32,287 bases of DNA, from positions 1 to 32,287 of the IMG/VR virus record IMGVR_UViG_3300020045_004733; one strand, written 5' to 3'. Below the pieces are notes generated by a model. The model ran no database searches. It was not told the DNA's origin and saw nothing but the letters and a program-made list of their open reading frames with translations. How positions within the stretch are numbered: the stretch's first letter is position 1; each line of letters opens with the position of its first letter. The DNA comes from a virus (lineage: Duplodnaviria > Caudoviricetes). A program made the position numbers and the translations under genes. Positions 17,472 through 25,965 of the stretch are shown here, piece after piece.

Positions 17472-18247
17472 AAATCATAATTGATACCGCAACCGGGCTT
17501 GATAACGTGTCTGCAGTCGTCGCCTCCTCTGAGGACCCGAGCTTCCCGGTTGCGAACCTCCGGGACGACTTCACAACGAATTTGTGGAAAGCGACGACAA
17601 CCACGGCAACGCTGACGGTGCAGGTTGCGAAAGGGCAGGCGGTGGCACTGTTCAACACCAACGCGACAAGCGCGGTCATTACCGCGGGATCGGGTGAGAG
17701 TTACGCGAACGAATCAGGCTACCAGAATGAAAGCGGGTATTCCTATCCCTCTGACGAAGTTTCCGTGTCGGGCGTCTACAACCTGCCGGGGGTGCGTGGG
17801 AACCTGTGGGCCGACTATGCGCTTTTTGCGGGGGCGCACGAGGTCAGGATAGCACTGACGGCTACCGATCCTGTTTATGCAGGCATCGTCAGGGCGGGGA
17901 ATGTTGAAGAGTTCAAAGACCCTGCGGCCACGGGGTTCTCAGAGGGCTCGAAGGATTATTCCATCGAAAAGGAACTGAACAACGGGGCGGATTATTTCAG
18001 GAAGCGGAACATCGTCAAGACGTTTGATGGCCTTTCGCTTTTCGAGACTCGGGAGAATGCCTACAAATTCAAGCATGACATCTGGGACATGGTAGGCCCG
18101 AAGCCGCAGGCCATCTATCTTGTCTCTGACGCCATTCAGGAAAAGGAGTTTATTGGGTTCATGAAGCGGGAAGGATCTCCGGTGGTAAATTATTCTGGAA
18201 GCGGTGTTTTTTGTCCGGTAACTTTTGGATTGAAAGAGGTGATATAA
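17468..18247 (+). CDS. minor tail protein
   Basis: ASSEDPSFPVANL..D...WK motif typical of tail-tip proteins. ATGA-coupled. Confidence 0.6.
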   Translation: MKIIIDTATGLDNVSAVVASSEDPSFPVANLRDDFTTNLWKATTTTATLTVQVAKGQAVALFNTNATSAVITAGSGESYANESGYQNESGYSYPSDEVSVSGVYNLPGVRGNLWADYALFAGAHEVRIALTATDPVYAGIVRAGNVEEFKDPAATGFSEGSKDYSIEKELNNGADYFRKRNIVKTFDGLSLFETRENAYKFKHDIWDMVGPKPQAIYLVSDAIQEKEFIGFMKREGSPVVNYSGSGVFCPVTFGLKEVI

Positions 18248-19393
18248 ATGGGAAACGAGATTAAGTGGTCAAAGACGGGATTGATCGGCGGCGGCGGTTC
18301 AGATCTGGACGGCATCGACGGGGCGACCATTACGGCAGGAGATTACGCTTTTGTGGGTATCAACGGCTTGATGCATCTGTTTAAGGCGAACGGAGCATCA
18401 AGCGCGGCGACGAACTCACCGTTCAATATTGCGCCGGCCACGAACCCCGGAACGGTCAGGTGGGAGCTTCAACAGACTTTCCCCTTCGGGGCGAATGTCC
18501 ACAACCTCAAGCCTGTCGTCAATGCGGCCGTCAATAAGTTGGATATTTTCGCCAAGTCGTCCGGCCTGGCTCCGGCAGGAAATAATATCATCGGCGTTTC
18601 AATCCCTGACGGCAACGGAAACAGCTTCCGGACCCGAGGCGCGGCCTACCTCTCGGGTACGTCTCAGATCGTCATGGCTGACGCTGCTAATTATTGGAGC
18701 AAGGGCAGTCTCGATGCTGAGATAAAAACCGCATGGCTCTATGCCATTTGGGACGGCACAGGGATTGTCTGGGCGCTGGGTGGATATTCGGGATTCAATG
18801 TGGTTCCGACGACCACCACGGCGACGGATGATGACTATTTCCTCCTTGAAGATGGGTCCACCTACACCCGCAACTCCGCTCATTTCTGCGTGGCTGTGAC
18901 CAAAATTAGGTATCAATATGACACCGCAGACACACCCGACCATACCATCCAAGCTAGCGGGGGGAATGCGCCGATGGTAAAATGGAACCCTAAAAGCGAT
19001 TACGGGTATCAGAAAAATCTATCATCGGACATCACGTCCGCAGGCGACATGGCCGCATCGTCGATCCTGTCGTTGGTTGTTAAGCAGTCTGGCGTATATA
19101 ATATCATTATGGATATTACTGCAAACAATGGGACTCCTAACGCTTGGGCTGCTGCTGTGCTGTATATTAAAACCGGAAACGCGACATACGCGTCGGCAGT
19201 AGAGCGTAGGAAAGCAACTGGATCATCCGCCCGTGATGCGACAATCGGAGCAGTCGTTAATCTCAGCACATCGGTTAAATTATTTCTTGATGCTGGTGAT
19301 ACCATACACATGGGGGCGGGGGTTACATCCTCTGCAGGAACAAGAACAATTTCCGCGACAGATACGGGGTTCAATTTTACCAAGACAGATTAA
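18248..19393 (+). CDS. tail fibre / receptor-binding protein candidate
   Basis: Last gene of the late operon. N-terminal GLIGGGGSDLDGID...RW anchor and C1q-like C-terminus (SGVYNI...FLDAGDTIH). Confidence 0.65.
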   Translation: MGNEIKWSKTGLIGGGGSDLDGIDGATITAGDYAFVGINGLMHLFKANGASSAATNSPFNIAPATNPGTVRWELQQTFPFGANVHNLKPVVNAAVNKLDIFAKSSGLAPAGNNIIGVSIPDGNGNSFRTRGAAYLSGTSQIVMADAANYWSKGSLDAEIKTAWLYAIWDGTGIVWALGGYSGFNVVPTTTTATDDDYFLLEDGSTYTRNSAHFCVAVTKIRYQYDTADTPDHTIQASGGNAPMVKWNPKSDYGYQKNLSSDITSAGDMAASSILSLVVKQSGVYNIIMDITANNGTPNAWAAAVLYIKTGNATYASAVERRKATGSSARDATIGAVVNLSTSVKLFLDAGDTIHMGAGVTSSAGTRTISATDTGFNFTKTD

Positions 19394-20079
19394 TGAACAT
19401 ACTTCATTATTCCCCCCGCGATCTTCTGATACCCCTGCCGGTTCGGATGCACCCCGTCGTCGGTGTCGTCCGGGCCGAGCAGAGCGGGAGTGTTGACGTA
19501 GTTCGGGCAGAACAGCTTTATTTTGTCGTCAAACTCCTGAATCCTGGAGTTTTGCAGAGGCACCCCGGCCGGCCACCATCCATCTGATTTAGAGTGGTCC
19601 ATCAATGGAACGCCGACACAGATCACCCGCTTTGCCGGGAGAGCGAAATACAGGGCCTTGTACTCCGCGACAATCGAATCAATAGGAGCGGTCAAATCCT
19701 TTAAATTATTGAATCCCGCAAACAATACTACTGTGTCGGTCTGGCTGTGGTCGTAAATGCTGGTTATAAATGCCAGTTGTGCGCCGGATGCGCCCCGGAT
19801 GTCTGCTCCGGGAAACGCTTCTTGCCAGTCGTAAGCCGTGATTACCTTCTTATTGACCAGATCATAGGACAGCCCCGCCGCCATGCTGTCACCCTCGAAA
19901 CGTGGGGGGGAGGGATGTCTGTATGCTGGCGATAATATAGCCGCTGGCGGCAGAGGTGTGGTTGGGGCTGATTCTCCACCACCACCGCCGCAAGAGATCA
20001 GGAGTAGAGGTAATACGAGCAAGCGAAAAACGCAACGAGAGCCCCACTTATTTACGCACGGTGTGTCACCCTGTGTCAC
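19390..20079 (-). CDS. SGNH/GDSL hydrolase lipoprotein (moron)
   Basis: Lipobox LLLISC followed by a Gly/Pro linker. Blocks GDSM, GASGA, GFNN and DGVHPN. Start uncertain; GTG 20079 assumed. Confidence 0.8.
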   Translation of the reverse strand: MTQGDTPCVNKWGSRCVFRLLVLPLLLISCGGGGGESAPTTPLPPAAILSPAYRHPSPPRFEGDSMAAGLSYDLVNKKVITAYDWQEAFPGADIRGASGAQLAFITSIYDHSQTDTVVLFAGFNNLKDLTAPIDSIVAEYKALYFALPAKRVICVGVPLMDHSKSDGWWPAGVPLQNSRIQEFDDKIKLFCPNYVNTPALLGPDDTDDGVHPNRQGYQKIAGGIMKYVH

Positions 20080-20252
20080 AATGCGGCAAAAGCGCGGTGG
20101 GGTGTTTTTGTAAGTTGGCGGAAGCGCATGGGAATCGAACCCACCTGGGAGGGTACTAGCCCCCCACTCCGGATTTGAAGTCCGGCTTGCTTTGAGTATG
20201 AACATAATAATTTCACCTATTTAGTTTTATTTTTAGTGACACATGTGACACA
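20062..20252. repeat. putative integrase arm-type binding repeats flanking attP
   Basis: TGTGTCAC at 20062 and 20072. Inverted GTGACACA at 20236 and 20245. Confidence 0.7.
20116..20185 (-). tRNA. 3' fragment of tRNA-Sec (anticodon UCA), putative attP core
   Basis: Minus strand: CCGGA-CTTCAAA-TCCGG anticodon arm, long variable arm, GTGGG-TTCGATT-CCCAT T-arm, GCGCTTCCGCCA end. No 5' acceptor strand (GGAAGCG) or D-arm upstream. Confidence 0.88.
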
Positions 20253-21050
20253 CGCACTATCGTCCAGCAGCATAACGGCCTTATTTCTGTGAGACGGAGA
20301 AAGGTGAGCGTAACGAAGCGTCATGGTTATAGTTTTATGTCCAAGTAGCGATTGAAGCGTGGCAAGGTCAACCCCTTTCATGACGAGCCGCGAAGCGAAC
20401 GTGTGCCGCAGATCATGAAAATGAAAGTCCTTTATCCCCGCCCGGCGAAGCGCCGTTGTCCACGACGGCCCCTCAAGGTGTGTCTGAAAAACTTTTCCCC
20501 CGGTGATGTCCTCCGGGATAGACGACAAGGAGGCTTTTGCCGAATCGTTCAAGGGGATCTCCCGCCGCTCCCCGGACTTGGTATCCGATAAAAGGATGAG
20601 TCCGTTTCTCATGTCCACTTGTGACCAACGCAGGCCCAAAATCTCCCCCTGGCGCATTCCGGTATTCAGTGCGAGTGTGACTATGGGCAGAAGCTCAGAC
20701 GCTACGGAGGACCGGCGGCAGGCGTCCAGCAGGCGGGAAATTTCATCGTCCGAAAGATAGCGCAGCCGCTTGTTATTCTCTGGCAACTTTTTCGTTCTTC
20801 GTACCTCTTTCAGGGTTCTCTCGCTTATCCATCCCCACTCTTCGGCTTTGGTCATCATGTGCTTGATGGTTGAGATGTGGCGGTTGACGGTTGCGGGCGC
20901 CTTCCCAGCGGTAAGCATATCGCCCTGATACCCGTCGAGGACGATTGGACCGAAGGCGGAGAGAAACATCGAGCCGAACACCCCTTTGAGTTGATTGACG
21001 ACATACTCCTTGCTTTTAAAAGCCTTCTGCCGGACGCTCCGGGCGGCGTT
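20217..21050 (-). CDS. int: tyrosine integrase, N-terminally truncated (first start codon 20981)
   Basis: TGMRQGE (R), DTKSG (K), HDLRHTFAS (HxxR), LLGH, TLRYAH (Y). The frame stays open and integrase-like (RQKAFKSKEYVVNQLKGVFG) up to 21050. Confidence 0.9.
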   Translation of the reverse strand, partial: NAARSVRQKAFKSKEYVVNQLKGVFGSMFLSAFGPIVLDGYQGDMLTAGKAPATVNRHISTIKHMMTKAEEWGWISERTLKEVRRTKKLPENNKRLRYLSDDEISRLLDACRRSSVASELLPIVTLALNTGMRQGEILGLRWSQVDMRNGLILLSDTKSGERREIPLNDSAKASLSSIPEDITGGKVFQTHLEGPSWTTALRRAGIKDFHFHDLRHTFASRLVMKGVDLATLQSLLGHKTITMTLRYAHLSPSHRNKAVMLLDDSACVTCVTKNKTK

Positions 21051-21449
21051 CTAAAAGTCAACCTGTGACGGGTCCGGTATAAAAACTCCCATATCCGAAG
21101 CGGCCCACATGACTACTTGATTGGTGTACTGAATAAACTCGTCCGTGGTCAGCCTTGCCGTGGATCTGATCCGCACGAGGCCATTGTCATCCATACAGCG
21201 ATCCGATAAAAACTTGAGCTTTAGGGCGTCGTGCATCTCTTCCGGGGTGTATCCGCAATGGTCGGCGAGGAGCTTGACGACAACTCCCCAGTAATAACGG
21301 TTCTGGCCGTCGCTCCGCGTCTCCCGGTGCTGCTTTAACGACAGGTCAATCCGTTTTCCTTCAAGGCTGGACAGCCTCAAAAGATACTTTGTCGGGTCGT
21401 TAAGGATCAGCCGGCCCTTTTCGATGCGGCCCTGGAAGGTCGGATTCAT
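21051..21449 (-). CDS. NinB/Orf-like recombination accessory protein
   Basis: RSDGQNRYYWG, TPEEMHDALK and STARLTTDEFIQY motifs. Confidence 0.75.
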   Translation of the reverse strand: MNPTFQGRIEKGRLILNDPTKYLLRLSSLEGKRIDLSLKQHRETRSDGQNRYYWGVVVKLLADHCGYTPEEMHDALKLKFLSDRCMDDNGLVRIRSTARLTTDEFIQYTNQVVMWAASDMGVFIPDPSQVDF

Positions 21450-22060
21450 TTAATCGCCTTCAACTTCTGGACAGTCCGCATGAGATCCGCCGTGAAATCG
21501 TCAAGGGCCTTTGCCAGCCTGGAAATATATGCTTCATCCCTCTGGACTTCGAGCATGAGCGGGGGCAATCCGGCGTAGAAGCTCATGAAGTGCCACTTGG
21601 GACGCTCAGAGACGTAAAGGCTCATTTGGACCTGGCCGAAATAGTCAGAGGGCAGCTTCCCGTCAATCAGGTATTTGACATGGGTTTTCAGCATGGGACA
21701 TTTTATTTCAACCCCTGCGTCATCGCCCACAAGCCCATCCGGGGAGCAGTGGAAGGACCTGAGCTGGTCCTTATAGATGATGGCGACTTTCTTGACTTCA
21801 ATGTCGTGGACCATTTCAAAGAGTGAGCGGGCCGAATCTTCGCGCTCGTGTCCGTTCTTCATGGCGGGAGACTGAAATCCTTCCTCGCATCTCCCGGTGA
21901 TCTGTTCTCCGGCCAACTGATAAAGATAATCCTGGCGGGACTTGGAAAGCTCGCCGCTGTTTGTGATGATTTTAGAGATGGATGACGCCCCTGGATTCCC
22001 GGCCCTGCAAAGCATCCACTCCTCCGTTCCCTGGTCGATGGAATCAATTATGATCGGCAT
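21446..22060 (-). CDS. YqaJ / lambda-exonuclease family nuclease
   Basis: QGTEEW..R, GASS, MKNGHERE, CSPDGLV, EIKCP and YFGQVQ motifs. Confidence 0.92.
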   Translation of the reverse strand: MPIIIDSIDQGTEEWMLCRAGNPGASSISKIITNSGELSKSRQDYLYQLAGEQITGRCEEGFQSPAMKNGHEREDSARSLFEMVHDIEVKKVAIIYKDQLRSFHCSPDGLVGDDAGVEIKCPMLKTHVKYLIDGKLPSDYFGQVQMSLYVSERPKWHFMSFYAGLPPLMLEVQRDEAYISRLAKALDDFTADLMRTVQKLKAIK

Positions 22061-22791
22061 TAGGCAGCCGCCTTTCCTTTTGCGGCCTTGAGGCTTGCAA
22101 TGGCCTTATTGAAATCGGCTGCAAGGATTTTTTCTACCGTTTCACAGCCCATGTATTTGAGGAACTTAACCTGGTCAACACCCTTCTCGTTGATAAAATC
22201 AACGATGGTCGAAAGCTGCTTTTCAGTGACATATTCAGGCTCTTTCTCCGACCACTTTCCGTCGTCGTCCATGTCGTTCGTGGCAAGACCGGTAAGGGCA
22301 AGAATGGTGTAGCGTTGGAGGTAACTGATCGTTGATCCCAGTGCCTGGATTGCGTTCTTGCCGCCTGACGAATCATTGGCCGCGGTCAATGAGGTTGTTT
22401 CAAAATGGCCTTGGGTATGGGTGATCTTGCACGTTACTGTGACGCCCTTCTCGTTCTGATCGGTCGTCCATGCCGCCGAAAGTCCGTGCATCCCGAGGGC
22501 CGCGTTGATCTTCTGCGCCACATTTCCGAGGCTGGCATGGTCATATTTTGTCGTTCCTGAGGTCGTTTTGTATTCCACACGGCGATCCTTTTCGATCTCG
22601 GGGGGGTCTTTCTTAAAGGCGCTCATGGCCTCCGTGTATGCCTTCCGGGCCTCGTTCGCCTCATATCTCTCCTGAAGGTCAAGCATCTTTTCGAGGGTGG
22701 CTATGTCCATCCCTCCGGCTACGGCCTTCATCATGAGAGACGCCGGGGAATTTTCGGGCATTGCTCGCACTGCTAGTTGGGTCTGTTCCAT
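22060..22791 (-). CDS. ERF-family single-strand annealing protein
   Basis: QALGSTISYLQRYT..A..GL...DDDG signature. Confidence 0.92.
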   Translation of the reverse strand: MEQTQLAVRAMPENSPASLMMKAVAGGMDIATLEKMLDLQERYEANEARKAYTEAMSAFKKDPPEIEKDRRVEYKTTSGTTKYDHASLGNVAQKINAALGMHGLSAAWTTDQNEKGVTVTCKITHTQGHFETTSLTAANDSSGGKNAIQALGSTISYLQRYTILALTGLATNDMDDDGKWSEKEPEYVTEKQLSTIVDFINEKGVDQVKFLKYMGCETVEKILAADFNKAIASLKAAKGKAAA

Positions 22792-23933
22792 TATAATTCC
22801 TCCACTGCTTGGCGCATCAAATGGATTGCGGCGTCAAGATCATCTCTGAATCTGTTGTATATTGCCCGCCCTTCGTCAGTTGCCATTGTCGGGAACGGGA
22901 ACACTAGGGGGATCGAGTCGGCCAGTGCGATCAGTTTATCTTTGTCCGGAGCGCGCGCCGCCTTCGCCTCTACTTCTTCTTTCTCTTTACGTTCGGCCTC
23001 TTCTTTCTCAGCCGTTTCACGGTTGGCTTTTTCTTCCGCTTCAATCCGCGCCTTCTCCGCTGCATCCTTCCGGGCCTGTTCAAGTTCCTCCTGATGGCGT
23101 TTTTCGTCCTCGGCCCGTTTCTTCTCGTCTTCGATGGCCTTCAATCGGGCGGCCTCTTCATCGGCCAGACGTTTCTTTTCGGCTTCAAATGCCTCGCGCT
23201 CTTCCTGGAGCTTCTTTTCTTCGGCTTCGCGCTTCTCCTTGGCCTCCCGTTCAACCCGCTCCTGTTCGGACTTGATCCGCGCGGCTTCCTCCTCCTGCTT
23301 TCGGGCGATCTCTGCGAGGCGGGCGGCTTCGGCTTCCTGTTCGGCTTTTACCTTGGCAAGGAGTTCTTCCTCTGCTTTTCTCGCCGCCTCTTCCTGAGCC
23401 TTCTTTTCGTTGTCGGCATCGACAACCTTCTTGATTTCCGATACCATCCCACCGAATTGATCGTCATCCGCCGCCTTCAACATGGGCATGGGAATCTTGA
23501 GCGTTCCGTAAAAGTACCCCTGCCCGTCGAAATTGCACCCCAGCGCAATCAAAGAGGCGATCCGATCTTCCGCCCGCTTTTGCTCTTTTGCTTCTTCCTC
23601 GGCCTTGAGGCGGGCTTTTTCGGCGGTCACAATGTCCTCTTGGGATTGTAGATAGTCTTCAACCGGGGAAAGCTCGCCGACGATGAACTTTTCCGCCTCG
23701 TTGATCTTGCGGATGTCCTCCTCGATTTCGGCCTTCTTCTTCTTCCGAAGTTCGAGGCCCCGCTTTTCGACCTGGACGCGGGTCTTTTTGACGATCATCC
23801 GGGCGTCATGGACCTGGTCGAATCCCTTTGAATCTGAAACGCTTTCCACCTTCAGGGCCATGAACGAGCTTTTCATTTTCTCAAGGGCCGCCGTGGTTAA
23901 ATCGAAAACCTGTAATTCAGTACCTTCCATCAT
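22791..23933 (-). CDS. long Glu/Lys/Ala coiled-coil protein of the recombination module
   Basis: 380 aa, SD GGAGG, EEAARK/EAEKKR-type low-complexity helices. Coupled to ERF. Confidence 0.75.
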   Translation of the reverse strand: MMEGTELQVFDLTTAALEKMKSSFMALKVESVSDSKGFDQVHDARMIVKKTRVQVEKRGLELRKKKKAEIEEDIRKINEAEKFIVGELSPVEDYLQSQEDIVTAEKARLKAEEEAKEQKRAEDRIASLIALGCNFDGQGYFYGTLKIPMPMLKAADDDQFGGMVSEIKKVVDADNEKKAQEEAARKAEEELLAKVKAEQEAEAARLAEIARKQEEEAARIKSEQERVEREAKEKREAEEKKLQEEREAFEAEKKRLADEEAARLKAIEDEKKRAEDEKRHQEELEQARKDAAEKARIEAEEKANRETAEKEEAERKEKEEVEAKAARAPDKDKLIALADSIPLVFPFPTMATDEGRAIYNRFRDDLDAAIHLMRQAVEEL

Positions 23934-23957
23934 CTTCCTCCTAAAGTTTTTCCCTTC

Positions 23958-24206
23958 TCACTCGGTCGCCGCAATTCGGACAGGCTGCCCGTCTGCAATC
24001 TGACCGGAACCCGAACCACCCACAATCACAGGTGCATGGGTAGTCATCCACGAAGGCCGCCCGGTCACTTTCTGGACCTTCCCGCAGCAGTACGGGCAGC
24101 GCCTCGCTTTGTATTTCAGGAACGTCCCGCACTTCTGACACTGATGCTTCATGCATGATGGTTCTCCGTTTAATCGGTTGAATCGTTCTACTGTCATGGG
24201 GATCAT
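23958..24206 (-). CDS. small zinc-ribbon protein (possibly frameshifted into 23941..24051)
   Basis: ATG 24206 overlaps the upstream TGA. Contains CQKCG...CPYCCG. Confidence 0.5.
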   Translation of the reverse strand: MIPMTVERFNRLNGEPSCMKHQCQKCGTFLKYKARRCPYCCGKVQKVTGRPSWMTTHAPVIVGGSGSGQIADGQPVRIAATE

Positions 24207-24487
24207 CCTGCTAACCTGTATGTCACCTTTGCCCGGTTCGCCGGGTCCGGTGTCGCCTTGATGTCCATAAGGAAGGGCCGGAGTTTGACGCGCAAATCGG
24301 ACAAGCGGCCAGTATGGTTTCCAATACGGAGGGCGAAGAGGATTTCTCCATTGTCCACCGGCCCTGCAAGCAGCCTCTCGTAGAGCTTCCGGCACTGGCT
24401 GTCGTGCTTGAGGCCCAACTGATCCGGTGATGGTTTGTCGTACTGAAAAACGGTCTGCCGCGCCTGGTCCGCCTCTCTAAACGTCAT
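24203..24487 (-). CDS. winged-helix DNA-binding protein
   Basis: SQCRKLYERL..GPV..TGRLSDLR..VTYRL pattern. Start reassigned to ATG 24487 (ATGA coupling). Confidence 0.6.
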   Translation of the reverse strand: MTFREADQARQTVFQYDKPSPDQLGLKHDSQCRKLYERLLAGPVDNGEILFALRIGNHTGRLSDLRVKLRPFLMDIKATPDPANRAKVTYRLAG

Positions 24488-24948
24488 GGCTTTCCTCCGT
24501 TCTGCGCTGTGGTTAGTTTGTCGCATTCATCACAAAACCATGTTTCTTTATTTTTATTTCCCTCTGGCAATCCGCACTTGCAAACATTGATCGGCAACTC
24601 GTTAATGAATGTTATTCTCCCAAAAGGGACAGTAACTATTTCATTGGCTGTGCATTGGTTGGAATCAAGCCAAACGGCAACGCGTCTCTTGGCTGTAATC
24701 CGTGATATGGTCCCCTTGAAATCTCCCGCACTGTAGTGCTCATAATCTTCATCATATCCATTGTGGTACTCGTGAAGGTGGACACTAACCCTTGCACCGG
24801 GGCTATAGAGACGATCAAACCAATCACACTTAATCTCAGCCTTTAGGCTTTTAAGGCCATTCCAGCAGCATTCAAACGTCCACTTAATTGAATCGAAGCG
24901 CGGACAATGCTTTTTCAAAATGCACACTGAACAAGGTTTGCAGATCAT
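24484..24948 (-). CDS. Cys-rich hypothetical protein
   Basis: CKPCSVC, CKCG and CDEC. More AT-rich than neighbours. SD GGAGGG. Confidence 0.65.
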   Translation of the reverse strand: MICKPCSVCILKKHCPRFDSIKWTFECCWNGLKSLKAEIKCDWFDRLYSPGARVSVHLHEYHNGYDEDYEHYSAGDFKGTISRITAKRRVAVWLDSNQCTANEIVTVPFGRITFINELPINVCKCGLPEGNKNKETWFCDECDKLTTAQNGGKP

Positions 24949-25064
24949 TGTCCCTCCTTCGCCTCCTCCCTCGTCGGCTTCCTGGTGTCCCTGACGATTG
25001 GCTCACGGTCCTTCGGCGCCGGGTTGAAAAAGATGCCCTTGCCGGTGATGGTTGGATAAGTCAT
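24945..25064 (-). CDS. small hypothetical protein (39 aa)
   Basis: MTYPTITGKGIFFNPAPKDREPIVRDTRKPTREEAKEGQ. ATGA-coupled on both sides. Not in the ORF track. Confidence 0.5.
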   Translation of the reverse strand: MTYPTITGKGIFFNPAPKDREPIVRDTRKPTREEAKEGQ

Positions 25065-25168
25065 TGCGTCACCGCCAGATAGATGATGATTCCGATGATT
25101 CCCCAGCACGCAATCCCCACCAGTATCCCGTTAATCATGCCCCTTGCTGCGTTTAGGTCGCTGTTCAT
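25061..25168 (-). CDS. small membrane protein (35 aa)
   Basis: MNSDLNAARGMINGILVGIACWGIIGIIIYLAVTQ. SD AGGAGG, ATGA-coupled. Not in the ORF track. Confidence 0.6.
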   Translation of the reverse strand: MNSDLNAARGMINGILVGIACWGIIGIIIYLAVTQ

Positions 25169-25317
25169 GGCGCAATCCTCCTGATAGTCTGGTTGATCGG
25201 TTTAGCGAAAAGGAGCATAACGAGGCCGACAGCGATCAGAATCACGGTCAGACCAGCGAGAATGATGAAGTACCAGAGCAAGCCGTCGATGAAATATCCA
25301 GGGATGATGAAGTCCAT
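25165..25317 (-). CDS. small membrane protein (50 aa), first gene of leftward operon
   Basis: MDFIIPGYFIDGLLWYFIILAGLTVILIAVGLVMLLFAKPINQTIRRIAP. SD AAGGAG. Not in the ORF track. Confidence 0.6.
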   Translation of the reverse strand: MDFIIPGYFIDGLLWYFIILAGLTVILIAVGLVMLLFAKPINQTIRRIAP

Positions 25318-25329
25318 GACGCTCTCCTT

Positions 25330-25930
25330 TTAAGTTGGCCGGGGCGAGGTAGAAAACCCCGGCCAGCATACATACACAACCCCGGCGGTTTCGTTCGGAT
25401 GTGCCGCCAACCTGATTTTGCCGCTGCCGTCACTCCGGCTGTCACGGTCGCTGTTCAAGAAAGGAACCGTTAATACTTGGGCATGATGCGGCTTCCATTT
25501 GCCGTCTTTCGACCGATTGCCTGATTACAGGCTTTCGTCTGCGCGGAATATCCGCCGGTGTTCCCGGCGTACCGAGGGCCACAAACACCCCGAGCCGGTT
25601 ATGATGTGGACCTATCCTTGCCGTTTCCCCCTCCATCCCGCTAAAGGTTCGTTACTCTGGACTGCCACGCTGCCGCCTTGTTCATTCCCCGCCTGTCAGG
25701 ATTCCGACCGCCTACGCGGTCCCTGGTGCCGTTTACCCGATGGGCTGGTGGATTCTCTTTCCTGGGCGATCCTCGGAAGGATTCATCCCTGGCGATCATC
25801 CGCCCTGTCTAAGTTCATAGCTGCGGGGTCTATCGTCTCCCTGCTTCTCGGGACCGTCAGGCTATCCGAGGATTGGGGAGGTAACTGCTATTTGTCCAAA
25901 GAGCGCCCGGTTAAGGGCTGTCTAACTTGA
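25330..25930 (-). ncRNA. putative long structured 5' leader of leftward early transcript
   Basis: No convincing CDS. Multiple hairpins, a 9-bp long-range inverted pair and a boxA-like site. Confidence 0.4.
25892..25905 (-). promoter_or_regulatory. boxA-like antitermination site
   Basis: Minus strand CGCTCTTTGGACAA, similar to lambda/rrn boxA, about 25 nt downstream of the predicted leftward start. Confidence 0.55.
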
Positions 25931-25937
25931 CGGCTAC

Positions 25938-25965
25938 AGGATACCACCGTTATTTTTAATGTCAA
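25938..25965 (-). promoter_or_regulatory. leftward sigma70 promoter (PL-like)
   Basis: TTGACA-16 nt-TATCCT with extended -10 TG. Confidence 0.65.

Noticed and set aside
17695-17745. ESYANESGYQNESGYSY micro-repeat in the minor tail protein
   Set aside because: Short coding tandem duplication, too small to support a functional claim.
18248-19393. Diversity-generating retroelement target in the fibre gene
   Set aside because: No reverse transcriptase or template/variable repeat pair is visible in the window.
20116-20185. Functional phage-encoded tRNA-Sec or opal suppressor
   Set aside because: The 5' acceptor strand and D-arm are absent. The fragment is better explained as an attP core.
20080-20205. 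Long N-terminal extension of the SGNH ORF (track start 20205)
   Set aside because: It translates through the tRNA fragment and puts the lipobox about 70 aa from the start.
22777-24003. + strand ORFs opposite the coiled-coil gene
   Set aside because: Low-complexity antisense translations (Phe/Leu/Ser-rich) of a Glu/Lys-rich gene.
25499-25930. 143-aa + strand ORF in the leader region
   Set aside because: TTG start, no SD, Pro/Arg/Trp/Cys-rich non-globular composition, and antisense to the leftward promoter.
25330-25930. Hammerhead ribozyme or CRISPR mini-array in the leader
   Set aside because: No CUGAUGA core found. The repeats are only 5 nt and irregularly spaced.
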